64,000 nt of DNA from Minisyncoccota bacterium (GTDB lineage Bacteria > Patescibacteriota > Minisyncoccia > Phycocordibacterales > UBA6065): NCBI GenBank assembly GCA_035714745.1, contig DASTLR010000003.1, positions 161-64,160 of the forward strand. Direction: 5' to 3'. The number at the start of each line of letters is the position of its first letter. The stretch's first letter is position 1. Below are positions 1 to 9,477 of the stretch, in pieces. The notes under the pieces are model-generated. The model was given only the letters and a program-made list of their open reading frames with translations, did not search any database and was not told the origin of the DNA. Both the position numbers and the translations under genes were made by a program.

Positions 1-3000
1 TTAACCTCTTCTGTTGGAGATGGTATCCGAATAAAGGGTACGGGGAGCAATTCACCGAGTGTCCTCCTGACTGGTCCTAGCGGAGACAATGGTGCAATTG
101 GACTTGCTCTGGGCTCCAATCATTTTGTTACAGGATCAGCAGCAAACGATCTTGTGATACGAGCTAATGCAGGCAAGATGCATTTTGCATATAGCGACGC
201 TGCTATAGGTATGACGTTGAATACGAACGGCAACGTCGGCGTCGGGACCTCGACGCCTACGAGCAAGCTCTCTGTCGAAGGCGACTTCACAAGCTCTGGC
301 ACGCAGGCCTTCGAGATGACACGCACGGGCGTAGCGAGGACGGCTGCTCGCTTCAGCATATCGAACGCGACGAACTCGGCGGGCGTATTCCTGCCGGTGT
401 TCACGGGCGTCTCAAACTACGACAGCAGCGGAACCGCGATAGGCATGTACTTCACTGGCCAGCCGGTCGCTGACAACAGCTCTGACGACGTCGCTCTGAG
501 GTTCGACGGCCGCACGCAGTCCGCGACCGCCATGACCACTGGCGCCATCGCGGAGTTCACCAACCTCAACACGCCTCTCCTGAGGATCATGGCGAGCGGG
601 AAGATAGGTATCGGCACCACTTCGCCTTCTCAGTTGCTCTCCGTCCAAGGAAATGGCCTATTCTCAGGAAACCTGTTTGTCGGCGGTTCAATTACCTCGA
701 CCAGTACTCTCTATATAAACAAAACAAGCGCGGCATCGACCAGAGAGTCTCTCGGGAAGCTTTCCGTCTCGGACGCGGGCAATGACGCGTTCTATTTCGG
801 CAACGGCACGTCGGCCGACGGGTCATATTCCCCGAGCTTCTCGGCCTATGTCGACTCGAGCCTCGGCGGTCTCGTCCTTGACGGCATTACTTCGAGCGCG
901 AAGGATAACGCGGCGAACGCCCTTGTGACGGTAAGGGGCATGATCACGAACAACGCCTCGGACCCATTGAACGGAAGCCTGTCTAACCCGACGACGCGAG
1001 GCATCTTTATGGTGACGAACAAGGACGCCTTCGGGACCAGCCCATACTTCTATGTGGGGGCGGCTGGCAACGTCGGCATCGGGACGACGAGTCCGGTTGC
1101 GCCTTTGTCAATCGAAAGAAACGGAAGCAGTGCGGTAATTTCTCTTAGAGACACTTACGATTCGACAAGTCGGGAATACAGATTTGGGTCAATAACCGCT
1201 GGTTCTCCTTTAGGTAATCAAGGTGATTTCACCTTTAGTGAATATAATTCGGGTTCGTTTGTCGGAACAAGACTGGTTATCCAAAAAACGACCGGCAACG
1301 TCGGCATCGGCACTACGTCGCCGTATGCAAGGCTCGCCGTGGCGGGACAGACCGTTTCCGCGTACTTCACCGCCACGACGACGACAGCCTCGACCTTCCC
1401 GTACGCCTCGTCTACCGCCTCGACCTTTACCACCGGCTACTCGTCGAAGATATACGCTCCGATCATCACGGCGGCGGATTCTGGCAATACTAATTTGAAC
1501 CTCAGGAGCAATGGCAACGGCTCTATCATCTTCGCTTCGGGCGACGGCAACACCGAGATGGGCAGGTTCCTGGGCTCGAACAACAGCTTCGGCGTCGGCA
1601 CCTCGTCGCCGTCCGCAAAGCTGTCGATCACAAGCTCCGGCACCGGCACGGGCAGGGCGTTCGTTGTGGCGAACTCCTCGAACGCCGAGAAGTTCACCAT
1701 CCTCGACAACGGCAACGTCGGCATCGGCTCGACCTCGCCGTTCGCGAAGCTCTCCGTAGTGGGAGGGGGTCAAGTCATCTACGGCGGCTCGATCGACCTC
1801 GCTACGACCACTCCGACGATCTGCTCGAGCGTGAGCCGAGTATACGTATACGGCAAGACGCTCTATCAGGGATCGGGCGACAACTGCCCAAGCCTGCTCG
1901 CCGCTATCGACGTATCCAATCCGCGGGCGCCGCGCACGAACGGCTACATCACGAGCGTCGGCGCCGGGGGACCTGTGGCGGTGGCGGGCAAATACGCATA
2001 TACCATCGGCTCGGATTTCTCGGTCATCGACGTCTCGAATCCCTCGACCCCTCTCCTTGTCGGCAAGATCCCGTTCCTGGGCATCTTTACAGGCGCCTCG
2101 GACAGCCGCGCCATAGGTATCTCCGGCAGGTATGTCTATATCGCTCGCGGGGACTCGGGTTTCGTCATCGTCGACGTCGCGGATCCCGCGAATCCTAGCG
2201 TGGCCGGTTCGTATGATACGCCGGGGAGCGCCAAAAGCGTCGACGTGAAGGGCAAGTATCTCTATGTGGCAGACGACACGTCCGGTCTCGAGATATTCGA
2301 CGTCTCTGATCCTACCTCTCCTCTCCTTGTCGGGTCCTATAACACGAGCGGCAACTCGCTGGCTGTGAAAGTGCAGGACCGCTACGCGTACGTGGCAGAC
2401 AGCGGGGGACAGCTTGCCGTGATCGACGTCTCTAATCCGGCCTCGCCCGCTCTCATGACGACCGGCGGATATCAGGGCTATTCCGTTTACGACGTCCAGC
2501 TCTCGGGCAAGTACGCCTTCATAGCGACAGGCGGCGGGATCGCCATGATGGATATCAGCGACCCTGCGAGCATCGTCTCGGTCGCCGTAGAGACGCTGAC
2601 CGGAGCCAATATCAGCCAGATATCAGTTTCAGGCAATTACGTTTATGGTTCGGATTCGAGTCACAACACCATCTATATCTTTAGCACCGGCGGCCTCGAC
2701 GTGCCTTCGCTTCAGGCTGGTTCCGCGGAAGTAAGCTCGCTCATCTCGAGGGGGGACATTTTGGGCGATGGGAATCTGTTCATATCGGGGGCGTTCAGCG
2801 CAGGCATAGCGGGCATCCATTCTCGCGGCACGATATCTGCATACGTCGCCACGACCACGGGCAATCCGGTCGCCGCCACGTTCATGGGAGGCAAGGTGGG
2901 CGTCGGCACGACCTCGCCCGCGTCGCTCTTTACCGTCATGGGCGGCGGGGCCTGCTTCTCGGGCAGCTCTGCGACTCTGGCCTGCGGCAACGCGGCCGGC

Positions 3001-4620
3001 AACCTGTACTACCGCACGGCTAACACGGGAACCTACGACGTGGCCGAGAACTACGCCGCTTCGGACGCGTCGATCGAGGCCGCCGACATCGTAGCCTTGG
3101 ACGAGGCGAACCCTCTGCGCATCGTCAAGGCTACCCGCGGCTCGCACATCCTGGGCGCCATCTCGACCGATCCCGGACTGGTCCTGGGAGGAGCCGACGC
3201 TACGGCAGACGCTTCGTCTACCCGCCCTGTGGCCCTGTCGGGCCGCGTGCCGGTCAAGGTCAACGGCGAGGCGGGCAACATAGCCATCGGCGACAAGATC
3301 TCGATCTCGTCTACCGCAGGCGTGGGCAAGAAGGCCGTCGGCTCCGAGGAATCCATCGGCGTGGCCCTGGAGGCATGGACGGGCACGGCCCTGGACCAGG
3401 GCATCGTCAAGGTCTTTGTGACCGCCAAGCAGCAGGTCGACCAGGACAAGTTCACCGTCATGGGCTCGGGCAACGTCGGCATCGGCACCACCTCGCCGGA
3501 CTACAAGCTGCAGGTCGCGGGAGACATCGCGGCCACCGCTTTCGTCAACGTCTCGACCCGCGCCGCCAAAAAGGATATCGCCTATGTCGACGACGCCGCG
3601 CGCGCATCGATGTTCGCCAAGCTGCGCACCGTCGGCGTCGCGACCTACCGCTACAACGAGGAGAGCGAGAACCAGCCGCTGCGCATGGGCCTCATCGCCG
3701 AGGAGGCTCCTGCCGAGGTGCTCGCCGACACTGGCAAGGGCGTCGACGTCTACAAGCTCTCGACCTTCATCCTGGCTGGCGTCCAGGAGATGGCGGCCAG
3801 GATGGACGCGCTGGACGGCCGCGTCAAGCGCAATGCCGACGACATCGCTTCGCTCCAGGCCTCGCTCGCCGACACGGTCGCCCAATTGACCGACCTGCGG
3901 GCCCAGGTGGCGGCAGGCCAGCTCGCCGCGGCTTCTGCTTCGACCAGCGCCACGACGGCGAGCACGACCGTCACCTGGTCCGACGGCTTTGGGGCGTCGG
4001 TCCTGGCCTTCTTCCAGACCATCGGTCTGAAGCTCGAGAACGGCATCGCCTATATCGCCAACGCCGTCGTCGAGACGTTCAGCGCCAATATCGCATATAT
4101 CAAGAGCGCGACGATCGAGTCGGCCTCGGTCGAGGCTCTGACCGTCGGTTCGGCCGAGAAGCGCTCGGGCATCACCCTCTACGACGAGCTGACCGGCCAG
4201 CCATATTGTTTGACCATCGCCGGCGGCCAGACGAAGAACGCGGCAGGGGAGTGCCCAAGGATCACCGCCTCGTCGACCGCGCCGATGGCTGCTCCGGCGC
4301 CGGGAGTCTCGGGCAGCTTCGTGTCGCCGGCGAGCGACGCGGCCGCGGCGGGCGCTCCGCAGGCCGTCCAGCCGTCCTCGACGAACGAGGGCACGACCAC
4401 GGTCAGCGTGGAGCCGGCGCCAGCGCCTATAGCGGCTCCGGTCCAGGAGGCGCCCGTGGCGACGTCGACCGCGCCTGCAGCGGACCAGCCTGCGGCCACC
4501 TCCACCCCTGCCGCGGCGGTGACGGCGGCGACCTCCACGCCGGCAGACTCGTCGCCGGTGACGGTCACGGCCGAGACGGCCGCATCGTCTTCGCCAGAGC
4601 TCGGCATGGCGGCTCAGTAG
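1..4620 (+). CDS. Giant cell-surface protein, 5' partial. It has about 8 tail-fibre-type Gly-rich repeats (GNVGIGTTSPxAKLSV), about 7 LVIVD beta-propeller repeats (xVIDVSNPxxP), a C-terminal peptidase-S74-like intramolecular chaperone autoprocessing domain, and an Ala/Pro/Thr/Ser-rich tail.
   Basis: Frame 1 is open from nt 1, so the start lies upstream of the window. The tail-fibre motif recurs at aa ~30, 150, 300, 375, 470, 520, 920 and 1105. The LVIVD-type repeats are AAIDVSNPRAP, SVIDVSNPSTP, VIVDVADPANP, EIFDVSDPTSP, AVIDVSNPASP and MMDISDPASI. The S74 domain reads STRAAKKDIAYVDD...YRYNEESENQPLRMGLIAEEAPAEV. The tail is a low-complexity APTS stretch of ~170 aa. Confidence 0.8.
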   Translation, partial: LTSSVGDGIRIKGTGSNSPSVLLTGPSGDNGAIGLALGSNHFVTGSAANDLVIRANAGKMHFAYSDAAIGMTLNTNGNVGVGTSTPTSKLSVEGDFTSSGTQAFEMTRTGVARTAARFSISNATNSAGVFLPVFTGVSNYDSSGTAIGMYFTGQPVADNSSDDVALRFDGRTQSATAMTTGAIAEFTNLNTPLLRIMASGKIGIGTTSPSQLLSVQGNGLFSGNLFVGGSITSTSTLYINKTSAASTRESLGKLSVSDAGNDAFYFGNGTSADGSYSPSFSAYVDSSLGGLVLDGITSSAKDNAANALVTVRGMITNNASDPLNGSLSNPTTRGIFMVTNKDAFGTSPYFYVGAAGNVGIGTTSPVAPLSIERNGSSAVISLRDTYDSTSREYRFGSITAGSPLGNQGDFTFSEYNSGSFVGTRLVIQKTTGNVGIGTTSPYARLAVAGQTVSAYFTATTTTASTFPYASSTASTFTTGYSSKIYAPIITAADSGNTNLNLRSNGNGSIIFASGDGNTEMGRFLGSNNSFGVGTSSPSAKLSITSSGTGTGRAFVVANSSNAEKFTILDNGNVGIGSTSPFAKLSVVGGGQVIYGGSIDLATTTPTICSSVSRVYVYGKTLYQGSGDNCPSLLAAIDVSNPRAPRTNGYITSVGAGGPVAVAGKYAYTIGSDFSVIDVSNPSTPLLVGKIPFLGIFTGASDSRAIGISGRYVYIARGDSGFVIVDVADPANPSVAGSYDTPGSAKSVDVKGKYLYVADDTSGLEIFDVSDPTSPLLVGSYNTSGNSLAVKVQDRYAYVADSGGQLAVIDVSNPASPALMTTGGYQGYSVYDVQLSGKYAFIATGGGIAMMDISDPASIVSVAVETLTGANISQISVSGNYVYGSDSSHNTIYIFSTGGLDVPSLQAGSAEVSSLISRGDILGDGNLFISGAFSAGIAGIHSRGTISAYVATTTGNPVAATFMGGKVGVGTTSPASLFTVMGGGACFSGSSATLACGNAAGNLYYRTANTGTYDVAENYAASDASIEAADIVALDEANPLRIVKATRGSHILGAISTDPGLVLGGADATADASSTRPVALSGRVPVKVNGEAGNIAIGDKISISSTAGVGKKAVGSEESIGVALEAWTGTALDQGIVKVFVTAKQQVDQDKFTVMGSGNVGIGTTSPDYKLQVAGDIAATAFVNVSTRAAKKDIAYVDDAARASMFAKLRTVGVATYRYNEESENQPLRMGLIAEEAPAEVLADTGKGVDVYKLSTFILAGVQEMAARMDALDGRVKRNADDIASLQASLADTVAQLTDLRAQVAAGQLAAASASTSATTASTTVTWSDGFGASVLAFFQTIGLKLENGIAYIANAVVETFSANIAYIKSATIESASVEALTVGSAEKRSGITLYDELTGQPYCLTIAGGQTKNAAGECPRITASSTAPMAAPAPGVSGSFVSPASDAAAAGAPQAVQPSSTNEGTTTVSVEPAPAPIAAPVQEAPVATSTAPAADQPAATSTPAAAVTAATSTPADSSPVTVTAETAASSSPELGMAAQ

Positions 4621-4648
4621 GGTATACTAATGGCATAACTTTCACATC

Positions 4649-5683
4649 ATGTTCGCAAAGAAAAAGATACGAGTAGCGATAAACGGCTTCGGCAGGATCG
4701 GCAGGGCGTTCCTGAAGGTGGCCCGCGAGAGGGACGAGATCGAGGTGGTGGCGGTCAACGACCTGGGCGATATCAACAATATGGCCTATCTTTTGCGATA
4801 CGACACCGTCTATCGCGCCGCGTCGTTCCCGGTCGAGGCGGTCGAGGGCAGCGACCCATATCTCCTGGTTGACGGCAGGAAAGTGCTCTTCGTCAGCCAA
4901 AAGGACCCGGCGCAATTGCCGTGGAAGAAGCTGAATATCGACGTGGTGGTGGAGTCGACGGGGCTTTTCACAGCTTTCGAAAAGGCCAAAGTGCATCTGG
5001 ACGCGGGCGCTCGCCGCGTTGTTATCAGCGCTCCGGCTAAGGGTGACGGAAGCTTCCAGGGCGAGACCGTGCTCATGGGCGTGAATGAGGACAGGCTCAA
5101 GGCCTGCGCCGTCAGCTCGAACGCCTCGTGCACGACGAACGCCGGGTCGCCGCTTCTCGCCATCCTCGACGAGGCCATCGGCATCGAAAAGGCCGTGCTC
5201 AATACCGTCCACGGCTACACGGCCAGCCAGGGCATCGTCGACGGGCCGAACAAGAAGGATTGGCGCGAGGGCAGGGCGGCGGCCATGAACATCGTGCCGT
5301 CATCGACCGGCGCGGCCATCGCCACGACAAAGGCCCTGACGCAATTGACCGGCAAATTCGACGGCATCTCCATCCGCGTGCCGGTGGTTGCCGGCTCGAT
5401 CGCCGACATTACCTTTATCGCCAAGCGCGACACTACCGCCGAGGAGGTCAACCTGGCCCTCAAGCGAGCCGCGAGGAGCGAGCGCTGGAAGGGCATATTC
5501 GCCGCCACCGAGGAGGAGCTGGTCTCGAGCGACATCCTGGGCGAGTCGCATGCCTCTATCGCCGACCTCAAGATGACGCGCGTGGTCGGGGGCAATCTGG
5601 TGAAGGTGTTGGCGTGGTATGACAACGAGATGGGGTATACGCATACCTTGGTCGATCACGTCATAAAAGCTGGGCAGGTTTAA
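4649..5683 (+). CDS. gap: Glyceraldehyde-3-phosphate dehydrogenase, type I
   Basis: The N-terminal Rossmann motif is KIRVAINGFGRIGR. The active-site signature is SNASCTTN. Full length is 344 aa. Confidence 0.95.
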   Translation: MFAKKKIRVAINGFGRIGRAFLKVARERDEIEVVAVNDLGDINNMAYLLRYDTVYRAASFPVEAVEGSDPYLLVDGRKVLFVSQKDPAQLPWKKLNIDVVVESTGLFTAFEKAKVHLDAGARRVVISAPAKGDGSFQGETVLMGVNEDRLKACAVSSNASCTTNAGSPLLAILDEAIGIEKAVLNTVHGYTASQGIVDGPNKKDWREGRAAAMNIVPSSTGAAIATTKALTQLTGKFDGISIRVPVVAGSIADITFIAKRDTTAEEVNLALKRAARSERWKGIFAATEEELVSSDILGESHASIADLKMTRVVGGNLVKVLAWYDNEMGYTHTLVDHVIKAGQV

Positions 5684-5714
5684 AACAAGTGACGATTGAC
5701 AGCCGAGCGATAAT

Positions 5715-5736
5715 GGCGCCTAAACGGCGCTTTTTT
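5715..5736 (+). terminator. Rho-independent terminator of gap
   Basis: The sequence GGCGCC-taaac-GGCGC is followed by TTTTTT, 30 nt after the gap stop codon. Confidence 0.65.
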
Positions 5737-5796
5737 CGTGATTTTTATAATTCCTTGAGCTCCTAGGTGTTAGTCTGGAGCGCGAGGTGGTTGATC

Positions 5797-5815
5797 TGTC
5801 TTAAAAAATAAGACA
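5797..5815. promoter_or_regulatory. Operator-like palindrome 1 (TGTCTTA-N5-TAAGACA)
   Basis: Perfect 7-bp inverted-repeat arms with an AAAAA spacer, 67-85 nt upstream of the HTH ORF at 5882. Confidence 0.55.
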
Positions 5816-5838
5816 GTCGTCTGGACTATCAAGACTTC

Positions 5839-5857
5839 TGTCTTAAAAATTAAGACA
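5839..5857. promoter_or_regulatory. Operator-like palindrome 2 (TGTCTTA-N5-TAAGACA)
   Basis: A second copy of the same inverted repeat, centred 42 bp (about 4 helical turns) from palindrome 1 and 25 nt upstream of the HTH ORF. Confidence 0.55.
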
Positions 5858-5881
5858 AGGAACCTACCCGTCGAAAATACT

Positions 5882-6328
5882 ATGCTCGACCGCCAACAAA
5901 TTATCAGATTTCCCGAGAATCCCGAAGATAAGCTATACGAAAAACGAAACGGCATCTTTTGGGAGGTCGATATTCAGGATATTTACGAGAAGGATCTTTT
6001 AAAAGAATTCGAGCGGCATGTTCCGACCTTCAATCCGCATCGGAAGCTTGATGAGAACAAGCTGCGGGCCATCAGCTTAACCATGGGCCTATCAAAAGCC
6101 GAATCGAAGATAATCGCCGCGACTTGGTCACGGGGCTTTTCCATGGCTTCGATCCATCGAGCCACCGGCATACCGAAGGGCTCCCTTACATACGCGCTTG
6201 ATCGCCTCTGCGAACGCCGGCTTTTGACCAGGCTGTCGCCGAAGCCCGCTGATGACGAAAAAAGGCCGCGGTGGAAATCCCGCCTTCCGGACGCTATCCG
6301 AGAGCTCTGGACGGCCATGGTATACTAG
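5882..6328 (+). CDS. Small helix-turn-helix DNA-binding protein (winged-helix-like). A putative autoregulated transcription factor immediately upstream of the rpiB-rpe-tkt genes.
   Basis: 148 aa. The HTH-like segment is GFSMASIHRATGIPKGSLTYALDRLCERRLLTR. GC is moderate to low. Two upstream palindromic operators are present. The stop codon lies 4 nt before the rpiB ATG. Confidence 0.55.
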   Translation: MLDRQQIIRFPENPEDKLYEKRNGIFWEVDIQDIYEKDLLKEFERHVPTFNPHRKLDENKLRAISLTMGLSKAESKIIAATWSRGFSMASIHRATGIPKGSLTYALDRLCERRLLTRLSPKPADDEKRPRWKSRLPDAIRELWTAMVY

Positions 6329-6332
6329 TCTC

Positions 6333-6794
6333 ATGAAAATTTTCCTTGCCTCGGACCATGCGGGCTTCGAGCTGAAGCGCTTCCTCCTGGAGCGGCTGTC
6401 GCTCGCGGGGCACGAGGCGCGCGACTTGGGCGCCCGCGAGTTCGCGCCTGACGACGACTATCCGGACTATGTCTCGCTCGCGGCCCGCGAGATCTCGCGC
6501 GACCCTTCGGCTGCCCGGGCCATCGTCATCGGCGGCTCGGGGCAGGGCGAGGCTATCTGCGCCAACAAGTTCTACGGCGTGCGCGCCGCGGTCTATTACG
6601 GCGGCAATACGGACACCGTCAAGCTCTCGCGCGAGCACAACGACGCGAACGTCCTCTCGCTCGGGGCGCGCTTTCTCTCGCCCCGGGACGCTCTGAACGC
6701 CGTGAACCTCTGGCTCGCCACGCCATTCTCGGGCGACGAGCGCCACAAGCGCCGCAACCAGAAGCTGTATACGATGGGGAAGCAGGAGCAGTAG
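6333..6794 (+). CDS. rpiB: Ribose-5-phosphate isomerase B (RpiB/LacAB family)
   Basis: The protein begins MKIFLASDHAGFELK and contains IVIGGSGQGEAICANK. The track ORF starts at 6252 but the conserved N-terminus begins at the ATG at 6333. Confidence 0.85.
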   Translation: MKIFLASDHAGFELKRFLLERLSLAGHEARDLGAREFAPDDDYPDYVSLAAREISRDPSAARAIVIGGSGQGEAICANKFYGVRAAVYYGGNTDTVKLSREHNDANVLSLGARFLSPRDALNAVNLWLATPFSGDERHKRRNQKLYTMGKQEQ

Positions 6795-6822
6795 GGAAGA
6801 ATTTTCAATATCCAATTTTCAC

Positions 6823-7541
6823 ATGATAGAGATCACTCCAGCTATATTGCCAGAATCGTACCGCGAGCTCGTCGACAAGCTCGATATCGCCGCCGGCCAC
6901 GCCCGGGCCGTACAGGTCGACATCTGCGACGGCGGCTATGTGCCGAGCAGGACATGGCCGTACCTGAAGGGGCCCAACGCCGAAGATATGATCTTTGAAG
7001 AGATCAAAAGCCAGGAGCAGGCCCTGCCGCACTGGGACATCGTCGACTTCGAGTTCGACCTGATGGTCCGCGACGCGCATGCGAAGATCCCCGACTTCAT
7101 CGCCGTGGGCGCGAGCCGTATCGTCGTCCACCAGGCCAGCATGATGAGGGCGAGCTCGAGAGCGTCGTGCGCGACTACGGCAGACAGTCTGACGATCTGG
7201 GCCCCTTTGACGTCGAGCTGGGCGTCGCCCTTTTGCCGACCGACGACCCCGAAGCCGTAGCGGCGTCGATCGCGCCAGTGGCTGCCGGCATCCACTTCGT
7301 CCAGGTCATGGGCATCCAGAATATCGGCTACCAGGGCCAGGATTTCGACCCTCGGGCCGTGGAGCTGGTCCGCGCCCTCCGCGCGGCCTATCCCGACATG
7401 CCGATCGCCGTCGACGGGGGAGTGGACGTGGATAACGGTCGCGAGCTGGTCAACGCCGGGGCCACTCGATTGGTCGTCGGCTCGGCTCTCTTCGAGAGCG
7501 TCGACTTCGCCGGCACCCTCAAGGAATTCCAAGCATTGTGA
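6823..7541 (+). pseudogene. rpe: Ribulose-phosphate 3-epimerase interrupted by an apparent frameshift near nt ~7140 (a true pseudogene or a sequencing/assembly error)
   Basis: The N-terminal half is in frame 1 (IEITPAILPES...VDICDGGYVP...IVVHQAS). The C-terminal half is in frame 3 (HDEGELESVV...IHFVQVMGIQNIGYQGQDF...IAVDGGVD...GSALF). The two halves are collinear with full-length Rpe. The junction ...cag gcc agc at gat gag ggc... lacks 1 nt. Confidence 0.7.
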
Positions 7542-8452
7542 TCGAACCCTCTACGCGCATGTCACTCACCCAAGAACAGATAAAGAGCATAGAGAGCAAG
7601 GCGAACGACATCCGCCAGTCCATTATCTCTATGCTCGTCGAGGCCGGCTCGGGACACACCGCCGGGCCGCTCGGCATGGCGGACGTATTCGCAACCCTCT
7701 ATTTCGCTGGCCCGCAATCGGGCCTCAGGCACGACCCGCTGCGCCCTGATTGGCCGGAGCGCGACCGCCTGGTCCTTTCGAACGGCCACATCGCCCCGGT
7801 GCTCTATGCGACCATGGCCCATGCAGGCTATTTCCCGGTGGAGGAGCTGCGCACCCTGCGCAAGTTCGGCTCGCGCCTGCAGGGACACCCGCATCGGGAC
7901 TTCTTGCCCATGCTCGAGACCTCGTCCGGACCGCTGGGCAGCGGCTTGTCCCAGGCTGTGGGCATGGCTCTGGCAGATCGCATCGATCATGGGGGCGCCG
8001 TGGCGGGCAAATCGTCGCCGCGCCGCATCTACTGCCTGATGTCCGACGGAGAGCATGACGAAGGCAATACCTGGGAAGCGATTCTCCTGGCCGGCAGGGA
8101 GAAGCTGAACAACCTGGTCGCCGTCATCGACAGGAACAATATCCAGATCGACGGCTATACCGAGGACGTCATGCCTCTCGAGCCCTTTGCCGACAAATAC
8201 CTGACCTTTAACTGGCACGTCATCGAGGTCGATGGCAACGACGTCCGCGAGATCGCGGCCGCCTTTGAGACCGCAAAGACCATCTTCGAGAAGCCGGTGG
8301 TCGTCATCGCTCACACCATTCCCGGCAGGGGCGTGGCCGAATTCGAGCGCAAATACGAATGGCACGGCAAGGCGCCGAGCAGGGAAGAGGGGCGGATGGC
8401 CTTGAAAGAGCTGCGGACCCTCGGCGGCAAGATCCGCAGCGAACACGAATAA
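7538..8452 (+). CDS. tkt: Transketolase, N-terminal (thiamine-diphosphate-binding) subunit of a split transketolase
   Basis: The TPP-binding motif is GHTAGPLGMADVFATLYF. Length is 304 aa. It directly precedes the C-terminal subunit. Confidence 0.9.
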   Translation: MIEPSTRMSLTQEQIKSIESKANDIRQSIISMLVEAGSGHTAGPLGMADVFATLYFAGPQSGLRHDPLRPDWPERDRLVLSNGHIAPVLYATMAHAGYFPVEELRTLRKFGSRLQGHPHRDFLPMLETSSGPLGSGLSQAVGMALADRIDHGGAVAGKSSPRRIYCLMSDGEHDEGNTWEAILLAGREKLNNLVAVIDRNNIQIDGYTEDVMPLEPFADKYLTFNWHVIEVDGNDVREIAAAFETAKTIFEKPVVVIAHTIPGRGVAEFERKYEWHGKAPSREEGRMALKELRTLGGKIRSEHE

Positions 8453-8458
8453 CGAGCT

Positions 8459-9475
8459 ATGATCGTACCATCACAAAAACTCAATCCAAAGCTCTTCGAC
8501 AAGGATATCGAAGAGGTGCCGATCCGCAAGGGCTTCGGCCAGGGATTGCTCGCGGCGGGGGAGCGCGACCAGAGGGTCGTCGGACTCTGCGCCGACCTCA
8601 CTGAGTCGACGCAGATGCACCTCTTCAGGGAGAAATTCCCTGAGAGGTTCGTCGAGATCGGCGTGGCCGAGCAGAACCTGGTGACGGTGGCCTCCGGCAT
8701 GGCGGCCATGGGCAAGATACCGTTCGTCAGCTCGTACGCCATGTTCTCTCCGGGCAGGAATTGGGAGCAGATCCGCACGACCATCGCCTATAACGGCCAG
8801 CCGGTCGTCATCGTCGGCTCGCACGCCGGCGTCTCCGTCGGCCCTGACGGCGGCACCCATCAGGCCACCGAGGATATCGCCCTCATGCGGTCTATGCCGA
8901 ACATGGTCGTGGTCTCGCCCTGCGACGCTATCGAGGCGAGAAAGGCCACGTTGGCCCTGGCAGAGCTGGCCCGAAAGGAGGGTAAGCCCTCCTATATGCG
9001 CCTTATACGCGATAAAACGCCCGTTATGACCACGGAAGCCACGCCGTTCGAGCTCGGCAAGGCCCGGGTCTTTTTCGAGCCTATAGCGGGTTCTCCCGAG
9101 GTCGCCATCATCGCCACCGGGGCCCTGGTGCACAAGGCTCTGACGGCTGCCCGCGAGCTCGAAAAGGAAAAGATAGGCGTCACGGTCCTGAACCTGGCCA
9201 CCATAAAGCCTCTCGACGAATCGGCCATCGTCCGCGCGGCCAAAGCCGCCGGGGCCGTCGTCACCGTCGAGGAGCACCAGGTCATGGGCGGCATGGGCTC
9301 GGCCGTGGCAGAGCTGCTGGCCGCCAAGCATCCGACGCCGATCGAATTCATCGGCGTCCAGGACCGCTTCGGCCAGTCGGGCACTCCCGAGGAGCTCGTC
9401 GAGCGCTACGGCATGGGGGTCAGGGATATCAAGGAGGCGGCGCTTCGGGTGTTAAAGAGAAAAAGGGAAAGATAG
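8459..9475 (+). CDS. tkt: Transketolase, C-terminal (pyrimidine-binding and C-terminal domain) subunit
   Basis: Contains FVEIGVAEQNLVTVASGMAAMGKIPFVSSYAMF and GSHAGVSVGPDGGTHQATEDIA. Length is 338 aa. Confidence 0.9.
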   Translation: MIVPSQKLNPKLFDKDIEEVPIRKGFGQGLLAAGERDQRVVGLCADLTESTQMHLFREKFPERFVEIGVAEQNLVTVASGMAAMGKIPFVSSYAMFSPGRNWEQIRTTIAYNGQPVVIVGSHAGVSVGPDGGTHQATEDIALMRSMPNMVVVSPCDAIEARKATLALAELARKEGKPSYMRLIRDKTPVMTTEATPFELGKARVFFEPIAGSPEVAIIATGALVHKALTAARELEKEKIGVTVLNLATIKPLDESAIVRAAKAAGAVVTVEEHQVMGGMGSAVAELLAAKHPTPIEFIGVQDRFGQSGTPEELVERYGMGVRDIKEAALRVLKRKRER

Positions 9476-9477
9476 AG

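Noticed and set aside
2629-4676. Long ORFs (2629..3885 minus 418 aa; 3375..4676 plus 433 aa) overlapping the giant surface protein gene
   Set aside because: They are extremely Arg/Gly/Asp-rich, which is the typical alternate-frame artefact in ~65% GC DNA. They have no motifs and sit entirely inside a well-supported CDS.
6252-6332. N-terminal extension of rpiB (MTKKGRGGNPAFRTL...) from the track ORF start at 6252
   Set aside because: The extension overlaps the end of the upstream HTH gene in another frame and is not part of the conserved RpiB fold. The ATG at 6333 gives the canonical MKIFLASDHAGF start.
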